Origin: Azolla caroliniana
Taxonomy: Eukaryota; Plantae; Polypodiophyta
NCBI GenBank assembly: GCA_043228905.1
Contig: JBHGNT010000014.1
Span: forward strand, 14,694,001-14,758,000
Reading direction: 5' to 3'
Length of the DNA stretch: 64,000 nucleotides
Shown here: one piece after another, positions 53,121 to 64,000 of the stretch
Layout: the number at the start of each line of letters is the position of its first letter
Numbering within the stretch: the stretch's first letter is position 1
Position numbers and translations under genes: made by a program
Notes under the pieces: model-generated
What the model saw: only the letters and a program-made list of their open reading frames with translations
Database searches by the model: none
Told to the model about the DNA's origin: nothing

Positions 53121-53555
53121 AGTTGTGGGTTAAGTTTCCCTTTATTTGACGTTGACCTTTCACCTTGTTTTTCCACATTGTAAATATCTGGTCTTGGAAT
53201 TCCCAAACAACCCCATTTATGAAGGCAAGCTGGAACCACGACTCGTACATTCGAATACCATCAGACTTTACTGCATCATCCACAATGATCTCAACTTCAT
53301 GAAGACATTGACAACGAAGTGTTGGAAACATCTTTGGTCCAATTCTCTGCTTGACATCTAAGTATTCATGGTGAAAAAATCTGATGCGCTCTATCGATGA
53401 CATCTTTTGACGGTAGTCGTTGTCGTCGTTATGGTCCCATGCTAACAACTTCGCTTCATCCATTGTTAGGGACACGTAAATCTTACATTCAGCATACTTA
53501 AAGAAGTATGTTGTGGGATGTTCCAACTGCCTTCTTGCTTCTGCCGAGGGCAATT

Positions 53556-54955
53556 TGTTGGAAACACCGCCATCTAATGCGGAACTTAGTCGACCCTCCC
53601 TATTTGAAGATCATAAGATTATGTACAAACGAGAAAGATCAATGGCAACATGGGCCAAAAAGAAGATGCAACAAGTACGCAACAAAGAGTTAGAGACAAG
53701 TAGGCACAATGTCAACGAAGTTTATTTCCACTTTTTACAAAAATGAGCAACCATCCAGTAACTAGGTTACAAAGTCAACACTCCCCCATAATGGGCGTAT
53801 ACATCCAAAATCTATAATCCGAAATGAATGTACAATACAGATTGATACAAGGTTTACGAACAATCGAGAATTCATTCGAGTCAGTGAACTCCGAAGAGCA
53901 GAAGGTCAGATTGGCCGAGTTTGGAGAGACTGATGCCAGAGTTCGAACTATCCAGGTCTATTGTCCGAGAAATGTCCTGAGTGTTCGATTTAATTAGACT
54001 GATTCTTCATTACACCCATTCAATGCCAAAGTGATCGAAATCGATCCACCGGGAGACACTTGGTCATTGCATCCGCAACGTTATCGGTTGTAGGTACCTT
54101 CTCAAGGCTGATTTTCTCTGAATTGACACAGTCCCGAATGAAATGATATCGAACATCGATATGCTTGGAGGCATTGTGATGAACCGGAATTTTTGACAAA
54201 GCAACAACACCCTGACTATGACTGTAAACAATTGGAGCCGAGTTGATAATCGACTTGTCGAAATGTGTAGGCCAACCAACCGAACCATAAGACCTCTTTC
54301 GTTGTATCAGATGCGGCGACATATTCGGCCTCGGTCATTGATGTGGCGGTGCACTCTTGAAGTTTCGATTTCCATGAGATCGCTCCCTTGCCGAGTTTAA
54401 AACAATATCCGGTTGTCGATTTACGACTGTCTATGCAACTTGCAAAGTCCGAGTCAGTGTATCCGACTACGCTTGAGATGTCGTTCGGGCCGAATAGAAG
54501 ACCAAGATCTTTTCTGCCCACTAGATATTCACATGCTTGACTGCATTCCAGTGCGATTGGCCGAGATTATGCATAAATCTACTGACAACTCAAATGGCGT
54601 GAGTGATATCAGGTCGTGTCACGTCCATCTCGTACATTAGGGAGCCAATTGCCGGTGCATACAGTACCGACTTCATAATTTCCCCCTCCATACCGGATGT
54701 CATGCAGTCTCGTTGAGACAGTCGAGTACTAATAGGGAGCGGGGTGGAGGAAGATTTTGCCGATTGCATGTTGAAGTGTTCTAGGACACATCCAATGTAG
54801 TCGGATTGGGACAGAAACAATTGTCGTTGATTACGATTCCGACTTATCTTCATACCAAGAATGTGTCGTGCTGGACCGATATCCTTCATGGCAAACTTCA
54901 ACCGCAGTTGCCGAACAAGTTCAGCCAGTTCCCCTACATGGCGTCCACAGATTAG
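53556..54955 (-). mobile_element. Ty1/copia C6 fragment: RT C-terminus, RNase H, PPT, 3' LTR 53556-53780
   Basis: [41 protein letters not shown]. ctccccc PPT at 53781. LTR tgttgg..caaca. Confidence 0.85.
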
Positions 54956-56915
54956 AAATGATATGATGGTGACCTTATTCAAGCCACGGTAATCTATGAC
55001 GAGACGAAGTGATCCATCCTTTTTCTTGACGAAGAAAATAGGTGCGTCGGCCGGAGATTTCGAATGTCGAATGAAACCATTTGCCAAATTCTCCTTAAAT
55101 ATAGGCTCGAAGGACTTCTAGCTCGGTTGGTGACAAATTGTAGATCGGTCCCCATGGTGGCTCTTTTCCCGGTTGTAAATCGATGGGGCAATCATACAGT
55201 CGATGGTGAGGAAGCATATTGGCTTGTACTTTATCGAACACATCGGCATAATGACGATACTTCTCTGGAAGTTGAACGGTGGACTCCTCTTTAGTGGTGC
55301 TGGAGGGTTTTACTAATACTGAGAAGAGAAACATTTCTTCCTTGCATCTTTCCTCACGCAACTGATGTAGCGAAATGGTTGCAACCTTATGAGTAGATCC
55401 TCGGGTTTGTCGATACCGGATTTCTCCTGTTCTCCAATCTATGTTTGGGTTATGTAATTCAAACCATGGTAATCCCAAAACAATGGGATGTTATGGGATA
55501 CTAATTATATTAAAGGATACTACACACACTAAATTATCTAGGACAATATTAACGGGCTCTGACTCTTCTATGATATTTCCAGAAGCAATGAGATGACCAT
55601 CAATGCCTACTACAGAGGCTGGACACGGGAATTTTCTTAGGGATATCTTATGAGCTTGGGCAAAATTCCTATCCATGAAGCAAGAATTAGCTCCAGAATC
55701 TAGGAGTGCGGAGACATGTATTGGAGAGGTACTTTTAGTACTAACTGTTACTGGTGCTAAGAACACATTGCTAACTTTCTTAGAGGGAATGGAACCACTA
55801 ATGGGTTGCACAGATCTAGGGTTGTCCAACCAAACAACTCCTATTTTGGCTAGACTTAGTCATTTAACTCTTCTTCAAACTTACTAAGGACATCAAATTT
55901 GTTCAATAGATTTGGGCTATTAGTACTATTAGGACTGTCAGATATTCCTACTAAAATAGACTCGGGTTTAGTACAATTAGAACTAGCAACTATTTGGTTT
56001 ACCTGTTTTGGCCTATGGGGACAGTTCGCTGCAATATGCCTTGGTTCACCGCACTAAAGACATAGTCGATTTGCTCGGCATCACTGCTTTTCTTCTTCCG
56101 ATAATGGTCCACGATGATGTGTAGTGTCAATTTCCATCGGAGTTGGAGTATTCACTAGAGACGCATTATATGACTCCCTTGGAAAAGGTTTTGCTACCAC
56201 TGAGGCGTAGGTGGGCTCTGATCTTGCCCTTGGCATCTAGAACTGATGTTCCGAACGTCATTCAAAAAGATGGTTGTTGCATCTCACCGTGCAACCGATT
56301 GCTTCTGTCAATGACTTTGGTTCTTCGAGGAAGGTCAAGAGTAAATCCTTGACATCGTTACGTAGAACATAACGAAATTTCTTCGTTAGTGCTTGGTCAT
56401 CCCAGGGGATATCGGAGGCGAGTAGGCGGAAATCTGCAACGTATGTGGAAGCTGGACAATCACCTTGACGTAATCATTAGATTTTGTTGATTGTTGTCCT
56501 TATGCTCTCAGTATCTCCAAAACAGGCTTTAAACTCACATAAAAACTCTTCAAAATTGTTTAGTAAAGGAGATTCCTTTTCTAACAACGGAGTGAACCAT
56601 GCCAAAGTTGAGCCACTTAACAACATGCCTACTAAACCCACTCGTGATGCATCGGTGGGATACCGAGAAGGATGCATTTGAATGACTAATCGTACCTTAT
56701 TAAGGAATCCTCTAAACTGCGATCGCGTTCCATCAAATTTCATGGGAAGGCTGATCCTGGGTTCTTTATGAATCCCTTGCGTACTGGGTGGGTCCTTGTT
56801 GTTGCATCGTTACTATGGTTGCTTCAAGTTATTGCACGCGTAACGTTGTCGTGAAAATCCGTCACTATGTGAGGATCGCGAGGTGGAACCACCGGGGTTC
56901 TGGACTAGAAGGATT
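54956..56915 (-). mobile_element. Chromovirus G6 fragment (gag, PR, RT N-terminus), same family as G4
   Basis: [50 protein letters not shown]. Confidence 0.88.
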
Positions 56916-56918
56916 TAG

Positions 56919-59521
56919 TGCAACATGTACAACACAAGCAAAATTCACATATAAGATGACTAGATGAGAGAAAACGTTCGTTTATTGCATAAGAAAATAG
57001 ATTCTTTGTTAATTCAAGAATCTTTTTACAACGGGTCGGCGATGAAAATGAGAGATAGAATTTTTAAAGAAAGGAGCCAACAAACATGTAAAGAGTGGTC
57101 CAATATGAATACGAGAGATAATTTTTGACAAGAAAGATTGAGCAAGCCAATCCAAGAGTTTGATATCAATATAAGAGATAATTTGTTTTGGAATCCTCGA
57201 GAGAAGAAGAAGGAAAAAAAAACTAGAGGGAAAAAATGGAACATATATCGAGCTCTTTGTTGATCCTCCTTCCCAATGTTACTTTGCATGTCCACTTTTA
57301 GTTGCATGGCCTCTACTTTTAGTTGCATGCCTTTTACTTTTAGTTGCATGGCCTTGGCTTTTAGTTGCATGCGATCATCAGTATAATTCAGCCAAATGAC
57401 CCAATCATCCATAAAGTTTAGCCCGTGTGCAATCTGTACATGTGTCACAACCAAACCGTGATGCGTCCGCGCACAAAAGTCCCAACCACGCCCACGCAGT
57501 GTACGCACAAAAGTCCCAACCACGCCCACGGAGTGTACGCATCCACGCACGCACGCATCCTGACCACGCCACGTACGCATCCGCGCGCTTGTTCGAAACG
57601 TCCACGCGGCAATGCACGCGGACGCTCGAAACTTGCACACACGCATACGTCCAAAAACGTGCGTACGCATCCGCACGCTCCTCAGCACACACGCGTCCGT
57701 CCGAAAACGTCCACACGGTTGTGTATCACCACACAATGTAGCCCAAGTCACCTTTAACATTCTGTGGTCCACACATTTATATAACTAATATGTTTTGGTT
57801 TCCCTTATATATCTTGGGTTCGAATGTTGTCCTATCTATGTGGGATATCTCATAGTTTTGTCTTTCCTTTTATTTCTTCAAACTTCACACTCACATAACT
57901 TGATACTTGTTTATCCGTTTTATGCGTAGTAAAATACGTTATGAAGCTCTTGAAGACATCTATCTTCCCATATGAATACATGAAGCTAATCTTAAATAAT
58001 TGTTTTACTATTTTTCATATCGTGTGTGAAAAACCACACGACATTCACCCCCACCAAACCTACACATCCACCGATATGTGCCAATTGTGGTGAGGTTCCT
58101 CTTTTAATTACTCTTTTTCAACCTCAATGTTCGAGGCTCTTCTTTTAAAGATCTTGATTTGTTTTCCTGCAATTGGCAAAGCAAGTCGAGTTCCATCTAA
58201 CTCCGCTAAAAAATAGGTTGCATTGCTTTCTATTTTCTTGACCATATACGGGCCAAACCATCGTTTTGCGAACTTTCAAGCAGTGCTATATTGATTATTG
58301 AGACTACTATCATAGACAAGAACCCAATCTCCTTCTTCAATTTTTCTTTGTCGAAGACGATGCTTTCTATCAAAATTCTCCTTGTTCTTCAATCGAGCTT
58401 GGCGCAACCGTTCTATTGCCAACTCGACATCTTCGGGCCTCCGTTCTAGTTGTTGATTCCTCATGGCTAGCAAGTCTTCCCGACTCATTTCCTCTTGCCA
58501 TGGCAAAGATGTCCACGAAGCAACACTTTGCTCGATAGACATTATTGGTTTTTGCCCTAATATGAGTTCGGCCGGCATATATCCTGTAGTCGTGCTATGT
58601 GTAGTTTTATCAGCCCACAATGCATAAGGTAGTAATCGTGGCCAATTCCCCATCTTGCCATCGCGAGTCTTTGCTAAAGCTTTTACAATCGGACTATGTC
58701 CTCGTTCCACCTTCCCATTTGCGTCCAGGTTGTATGCCATGGTGAGCGATAGTTTGACGCCTATTCTTGAAAAGAATTCTTTAGCTTCATTTGCATCTAA
58801 TTCTCCCCTATCAGCTACTATTTTTCCAACACATCCGTATCGACAAATAACATCTTCAAGGAGAAACTTACAAACCGCCGAAGTTGTTTTATTCCTCAGC
58901 GTCCGTCCTTCTACTTGGTTGGTGAGATCCTCTCTTGCTAGCACGAGATACTTTGTTTGCCCCAGTCCCATCGGCATAACCACTATGTCTAATAACCGCT
59001 TATAGTGCATTGATAATGGATATGTCAGATGAATTTCATCCCTATGTTGAATATTCGAGTGTAATTGGCATTGCTCACATGTTTCAACATAGCTTGCTAC
59101 ATCTTTGTAAACTTCCATAGATGTCCTTCTTTGAGGAAGAACTTGTAGGCCTTCTTCCTAATTCGGTAGAAGTCTTCCTTTGACCATGATTCATCCTTTG
59201 AAAGAGAGCTTAAGTACTTTCCAATTTCGACGAATTCACCCTCATAATCTTCTACTTTAAACACGGCAAGCACCCGAGCACAAGAAACCGTAAAGAAGTT
59301 TAGGCCAACATCTTCTTCGTCGGAGTGCAAATCTTCTTCACCCTCATACCTTGCCCTTGATAACATATCGGCCACCACATTATGCTTCCCATTTATATGT
59401 CGAATCTCGGGGTTGAGGGACTTGATATAGGCAATCCATCGCAGCATAGCAATATCTGGTGTAGCACAACCGAATATCATTCCAAGAATAGGTAGACAAT
59501 CAGTCTCGATTATGACCTCTA
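56919..59521 (-). mobile_element. Ty3/gypsy G7 fragment (RH, INT, PPT, 3' LTR ~56919-58043), related to G2
   Basis: IETDCLPILGM, YLVLAREDLTNQVEGR, LPYALWADKTT. PPT tgggggtgaa next to 58043. The LTR contains 21-bp ttttagttgcatg repeats and CACG-rich repeats. The left LTR edge is uncertain. Confidence 0.82.
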
Positions 59522-59785
59522 TGTTGCAAAACAGTGCTCGGCCACAACCGAGGAATAGGATTACCTCACAGAAAACAGGAAATACTAAATGCACGAAGAC
59601 AATAGAGAGGAGGGTACACAGGGTGTTTACGTGGAAAACCCTAAATGGGAAAAACCACGGGAGTCCTCAGACTCCAACTATCACTATGAACAGAGATGTA
59701 CAATGGTGAAGCTACAAGGCAACAACCTTGAGTTCACTGTCTTCGCCACAGGCGGCGGTAATACACAGAGGCAACGACCTCTTCG

Positions 59786-59817
<32 letters not shown>

Positions 59818-59990
59818 GGCTGCTCTCACTTCGCATGAAAAATGAGCAACAACAAAAAACTGTTTGCCCTAAGTCATATTTATACACATATGACTTTCGG
59901 GCTATTTACAATTATAGCCTCAAGGGCCCTTGGCAAACATATTCACAAATATGTCCCCGCATCCGGATCTCTCTCTCCGGGTACATTCGT

Positions 59991-60175
59991 CATCCGGCTC
60001 CGTAGCCGGGGTCTTCATCATCCGGCTCCGTAACCGGGGACTTCATCATCCGGCTCCGTAACCGGGGACTTCATCATCCGGCTCCGTAGCCAGGGTCTTC
60101 ATCATCCGGATCCGTATCCGGGTACTCTTCATCCGGCTTCATGCCGGGTACTCTTCATCATCCGGTTCCGTAACC
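59991..60175. repeat. ~28-29-bp tandem repeats in the C8 LTR
   Basis: About 6 copies of catccggctccgta(g/a)ccgggg..cttcat. Confidence 0.9.
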
Positions 60176-60249
60176 GCAACCGGGCTTGCCGTCATTTATC
60201 TCCGGGGACATCCCATCCGGAGGGACCGAAATCCCAACAAACTCCCCCT

Positions 60250-63200
60250 TCACTTCGGCATGGGATGTCTCTCCAATCCAATCCTCTTCCGGCATGCTTC
60301 CAACTTGTCGGGTGTGAGCACTTTGGTCAGCATATCTGAGCCGTTCTCGTCCGTGTGGATCTTCGTCAGCACGAACTCCTGGTCTTCTATCCTTTCCCGG
60401 ATCCAGTGATATCTTCGCTGGATGTGCTTCGTCCGGGAGTGATAGGCCGCGTTCTTCGCAAGGTGGATGGACCTCTGACTGTCGCAGTAGAGTCGGTACT
60501 CCTCTTGTCGGATACCGAGCTCTCTAATGAAGTCCTTCATCCATATTATTTCCTTGCCGGCTTCAACAGCCGCCATGTACTCCGCCTCCGTGGTTGACAA
60601 CGCAACTGTCTTCTGCAGCCTCGACTGCCATGAAACAGCTCCCCCTGCATACGTCATCACATACCCTGATGTGGACCGGCTGGTATCTGCATCAGCCGAC
60701 ATATCCGAATCGGTAAAGCCGTCGAGTTCGGGCTTACCGGAGCCGAATCGGAGGCACACGTTTGCCGTGCCCTTCAGGTATCGGAGTATCCACTTGACCG
60801 CGTTCCAGTGCTCTTTGCCGGGATTGCTCATGTACCGGCTCACCACTCCGACTGCGTATCCTATGTCCGGTCTTGTACACACCATTGCGTACATCAAGCT
60901 TCCGACGGCAGAGGCATATGGTACTTTCATCATGTCCTCCTTCTCAGCCTTTGTCTTGGGGCTTTGCTTGCTGGACAACTTGCAGTTTGCCGGGAGGGTT
61001 GAACCGACCAGTCTTGCTTCCGACATGTTGAACCGGTGAAGCACCTTTGTCACGTACTTCTCCTGTGACAGCCACAACTGCTTCTTCTTCCGGTCCCGGA
61101 TGATGTGCATCCCTAGTATTTGCCTCGCCGGACCTAGGTCCTTCATTGAGAAAGTTCGGTGAAGTGCTTTCTTCAGCATCCGTATCTTGGCCTGGTCCCG
61201 TCCGACGATCAACATGTCGTCCACGTACAGGAGGAGTATTAGAAAGTCTCCTCCTTCGAACTTCTTCACAAACACGCAGTGATCGGACTGCGTTTTGTGG
61301 TAGCCTTCGTCGGTCATGAAAGAGTCGAACTTCCGGTACCATTGCCGGGGAGCCTGCTTCAGTCCGTAAAGGCTCTTCTTCAACCGGCATACTAGGTGCT
61401 CCTTCCCTTTCTTCTCGAATCCTTCAGGTTGCTGCATGTAGATCTCTTCTTCGAGGTCACCGTGAAGGAATGCCGTCTTCACGTCCATCTGTTCTACTTC
61501 GAGGTCACCGTGAAGGAATGCCGTCTTCACGTCCATCTGTTCTACCTCGAGGTCCATGCTTGCCGCTATGCTCAGCACCGTCCGGATGGAGGTCATCTTC
61601 ACTACCGGGGCAAATATCTCGTCGAAGTCGACGCCCTTCTTCTGCTGAAACCCCTTCACCACGATCCTGGCTTTGTATCTCGGGGGGTTTCCGGCATCTC
61701 CCGGTTTCAGCTTGAACACCCACTTGTTACGGAGTGCCCGTTTTCCTTTCGGCAACTCCACAAGTTCATATGTGTGGTTCTCATGCAGGGAATCCATCTC
61801 CTCCTGCATGGCACTTAACCACCTGCGGCTATGGGTGTCATACTTCGCTTCTTCAAAACTCTCCGGCTCCCCCTCGTCGGTTAGCAGCACGTGCTCTGGT
61901 TCCGGAAATCTCCGGGGAGCCCTTCTCTCTCTTAGAGGATATCTCCGTTCCGGAGCTTCGGTAACCGGTTCTTCCGATTCTTCTTCATCCGAATCCATTT
62001 CGGGATCGGGGCCGGTTCCGGTATCATTTTCATCTTCTTCAGCCGGTTCTGTTTCTTCACCGTCTTCGGCCGGATCCTCGAGTGCTAACCGGTCCCTTGC
62101 CGGTCGGGACTGCTCCTCGTAGAGTTTATCCTCACCGGTCGACTTGGAGCTCTTCATCTTCTTCTCCGACTCCCAGTCGGCGAGTGTCTTGTCCTCCATG
62201 AAGATGATATCTCGACTCCTGAACATCTTCTTGTCGACCGGGTCCCATACTCGGTAGCCGAACTCGTCGTCGCCGTAACCGAGGAATATGCATGGCCGGG
62301 TCTTTGGATCTAACTTTCCTCTCCGGTCCTTTGCCACATGCACGTATGCGAGACACCCGAACACCTTCAGATGCCGGTAGGACACTTCCTTACCGGTCCA
62401 CACTTTCTGCGGCGTGTCTCCATCCAGGGGTACTGAGGGTGATCTATTTATCACATACGTCGCCATCGACATTGCCTCAGCCCAAAATCCCTTGGGTAAC
62501 TTCGCATGCGCCAGCATACTCCGGACCCTCTCCATTATGGTCCGGTTCATCCTCTCGGCCAGCCCGTTCAGTTCCGGCGTCTTCGGCACAGTAAACTCGA
62601 GCCGGATTCCCTTCGAGCGACAGTACTCCTGGAACTGCCCCCGGTATTCCCCTCCGTTATCCGCTCGTATCACTTTCAGCTTCTTGCCGGATTCTCTTTC
62701 CACTCTCGCGTGGAGTTCTTTGAAGACGGACAACACTTGGTCCTTTGTCTTCAACGGTGCCGTCCACAGCTTCCGGCTGTGATCATCAATGAATGTCACG
62801 AAGTACTGGGCTCCGCCATGTGACTTCGTTTCTACCTGACACACATCAGTGTGCACCAGCTCCAAGGGTGCGCTACGTCTCGTCGGTGGCCTTGAGTGGA
62901 AGGAGGTCCGGTTTTGCTTACTGGCCAGGCAATCGGTGCACTTCTCCAGATGCACATGCTTCACTGGAATGAGGTTGTCTTCTGCAAGCCTCTTCATCCC
63001 CTTCTCGCTCATGTGGCACAGTCTCTTGTGCCACAGCTCACCGGCAGTGTCGGTTGCCACGTTCAGCTCCTCCGGACATAGCCGGGAATTCATCAGGTAC
63101 AGTGTGTTGATCTTCCGGGCCCGAGCCACTATCAGGCTCCCTTTGCTGAACTTCATGACACCGTTCCGGATGCTACCCATGTAGCCTTCATCGTCTAGCC

Positions 63201-63993
63201 TCCCGGCCGAAATCAGGTTCAATCGAACCTCCGGAACGTGTCGAACATCCTTCAGCAGCATCTTGCATCCGGTTGATGTCATCAGCCACACGTCTCCTAT
63301 GCCGGCAATCCGGCATGTGCCTTCATTTCCCATCCGGACACAGCCGTGCTCACCGGCTGTGTAGGATGAGAAGTATTTCTTCTCCGGGGTCAGGTGGAAC
63401 GACGCTCCGGAATTGACCACCCAGGTCATCTCTACACCGGCAAGGTTCAGCTCCCTCTCTTCGGTAATGAGCATTATCTCTTCTTCACTTGCCGCGAGTG
63501 CCGTCGTTCCTTTTCGGTCCTGCCCTCGCCGATCCGGACATCTCCGGTCCGTGGCTCCCCGGTATGCACCGTTTCTCTCCGGTGACTTCTTCGAATCGGT
63601 GTCGTCGGCTCCGTTGTCCTTTCGGTAATGCCGACAATTCTTCCGGAAGTGCCCCGGCTTCCCACAGTGGAAGCATGTGGGCCTTCCTCTTGACTGCGAC
63701 CGGGTCCCCGACTTCTCCCGTCTTTGCGGACTCCGGTTCCATTGTCTTCCCCGATCCGATTCGGTAAGCAGCGCCTTCGGATCGGAAACCTGTTCCTTAT
63801 CCCTCCGACGCGCTTCTTCGTTCAAAATGCTTGTCTTTACCGTTTGTAGAGACAAGTTATCTTCGGTGCAGGAGGTGCTGAGAGTCACGACCAAGTTCTC
63901 CCAGCTTTCGGGCAATGTACACATCAGAATGATGGCTTGCATTGCATCCTCCAACGGGAACTTGATCGCCGCAAGCTGGTTCACGAATCCCAT
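60250..63993 (-). CDS. Copia gag-pol polyprotein, 1247 aa in the window (true start lies beyond the window end)
   Basis: CFHCGKPGHFRKNC knuckle, WVVNSGASFH (protease Asp reads N), LELVHTDVC..ADNGGEY..NGLAER (INT), YVDDML (RT), TDSD..CDSQ..TKHI (RH). Confidence 0.93.
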   Translation of the reverse strand: MGFVNQLAAIKFPLEDAMQAIILMCTLPESWENLVVTLSTSCTEDNLSLQTVKTSILNEEARRRDKEQVSDPKALLTESDRGRQWNRSPQRREKSGTRSQSRGRPTCFHCGKPGHFRKNCRHYRKDNGADDTDSKKSPERNGAYRGATDRRCPDRRGQDRKGTTALAASEEEIMLITEERELNLAGVEMTWVVNSGASFHLTPEKKYFSSYTAGEHGCVRMGNEGTCRIAGIGDVWLMTSTGCKMLLKDVRHVPEVRLNLISAGRLDDEGYMGSIRNGVMKFSKGSLIVARARKINTLYLMNSRLCPEELNVATDTAGELWHKRLCHMSEKGMKRLAEDNLIPVKHVHLEKCTDCLASKQNRTSFHSRPPTRRSAPLELVHTDVCQVETKSHGGAQYFVTFIDDHSRKLWTAPLKTKDQVLSVFKELHARVERESGKKLKVIRADNGGEYRGQFQEYCRSKGIRLEFTVPKTPELNGLAERMNRTIMERVRSMLAHAKLPKGFWAEAMSMATYVINRSPSVPLDGDTPQKVWTGKEVSYRHLKVFGCLAYVHVAKDRRGKLDPKTRPCIFLGYGDDEFGYRVWDPVDKKMFRSRDIIFMEDKTLADWESEKKMKSSKSTGEDKLYEEQSRPARDRLALEDPAEDGEETEPAEEDENDTGTGPDPEMDSDEEESEEPVTEAPERRYPLRERRAPRRFPEPEHVLLTDEGEPESFEEAKYDTHSRRWLSAMQEEMDSLHENHTYELVELPKGKRALRNKWVFKLKPGDAGNPPRYKARIVVKGFQQKKGVDFDEIFAPVVKMTSIRTVLSIAASMDLEVEQMDVKTAFLHGDLEVEQMDVKTAFLHGDLEEEIYMQQPEGFEKKGKEHLVCRLKKSLYGLKQAPRQWYRKFDSFMTDEGYHKTQSDHCVFVKKFEGGDFLILLLYVDDMLIVGRDQAKIRMLKKALHRTFSMKDLGPARQILGMHIIRDRKKKQLWLSQEKYVTKVLHRFNMSEARLVGSTLPANCKLSSKQSPKTKAEKEDMMKVPYASAVGSLMYAMVCTRPDIGYAVGVVSRYMSNPGKEHWNAVKWILRYLKGTANVCLRFGSGKPELDGFTDSDMSADADTSRSTSGYVMTYAGGAVSWQSRLQKTVALSTTEAEYMAAVEAGKEIIWMKDFIRELGIRQEEYRLYCDSQRSIHLAKNAAYHSRTKHIQRRYHWIRERIEDQEFVLTKIHTDENGSDMLTKVLTPDKLEACRKRIGLERHPMPK

Positions 63994-64000
63994 GAACGTG

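Larger units (their letters stand above)
37206..53555 (-). pseudogene. Spliced beta-class DNA amino-methyltransferase (N4-C/N6-A) with ParB-like N-terminus; exons ~53555-53121, ~38910-38788, 38708-38570, 38480-38017, 37907-37615, 37531-37206
   Basis: LYCGD..LLIADIPYG (motif IV, 38222-38211), W-IKTN..NAIEYIIVG, NPYQKPQRLMMRLIEMFSNEEDWILDLFFGT/GTTFACALKL..VALETD (motifs X, I, II). Three GT-AG introns (79, 89, 109 nt) keep the frame. The fourth intron (83 nt) has its donor reading CT. Likely premature TAG at 37430-37428. Split by a LINE and a chromovirus. Confidence 0.8.
59522..64000 (-). mobile_element. Young Ty1/copia C8 (Tnt1/Tork-like); 3' LTR 59522-60239; continues beyond the window
   Basis: Uninterrupted polyprotein. 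PPT agggggagt directly after the stop codon. LTR TG..CA. Confidence 0.93.

Noticed and set aside
54590-55087. Gypsy/copia hybrid RT
   Set aside because: Junction of G6 and C6 fragments, both decayed. Best explained by nesting plus deletion.
57026-57772. 248-aa ORF
   Set aside because: Lies in the repeat-rich G7 LTR and has no domain motifs.
59991-60175. CRISPR-like array
   Set aside because: Head-to-tail repeats with no unique spacers, inside a copia LTR in eukaryotic DNA.

Overview
Eukaryotic plant genomic DNA, probably a seed-free land plant such as a fern. This is inferred from the retroelement families and is not proven. The window is AT-rich and mostly nested, decayed transposons, and only one intact host gene is visible: an intronless AP2/ERF (DREB-type, ERF017/ORA47-like) transcription factor at 7217-8245 (-). 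The rest is a nest of several Ty1/copia and Ty3/gypsy elements (chromoviruses, a Tat-like element with two RNase H domains, and a tRNA-Trp-primed family) plus one RTEX-like LINE. Removing the nested retroelements, two of them anchored by target-site duplications, exposes an older minus-strand unit. It contains (i) a spliced gene for a prokaryote-type beta-class N4-C/N6-A DNA amino-methyltransferase (DIPY ... NPYQKP ... LDLFFGT/GTT) with a ParB-like N-terminal region, and (ii) a co-oriented GHTHxxxD RNase H-fold transposase-like gene ending next to an inverted-repeat segment. This is a candidate DNA transposon carrying its own amino-methyltransferase, and this copy is pseudogenised. Other notable items are a probable self-priming chromovirus, tRNA-like Pol III promoter modules inside two different LTR families, a copia lacking RT but with both LTRs, and several fold-back inversions. 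All coordinates were read by eye and may be off by a few bases.
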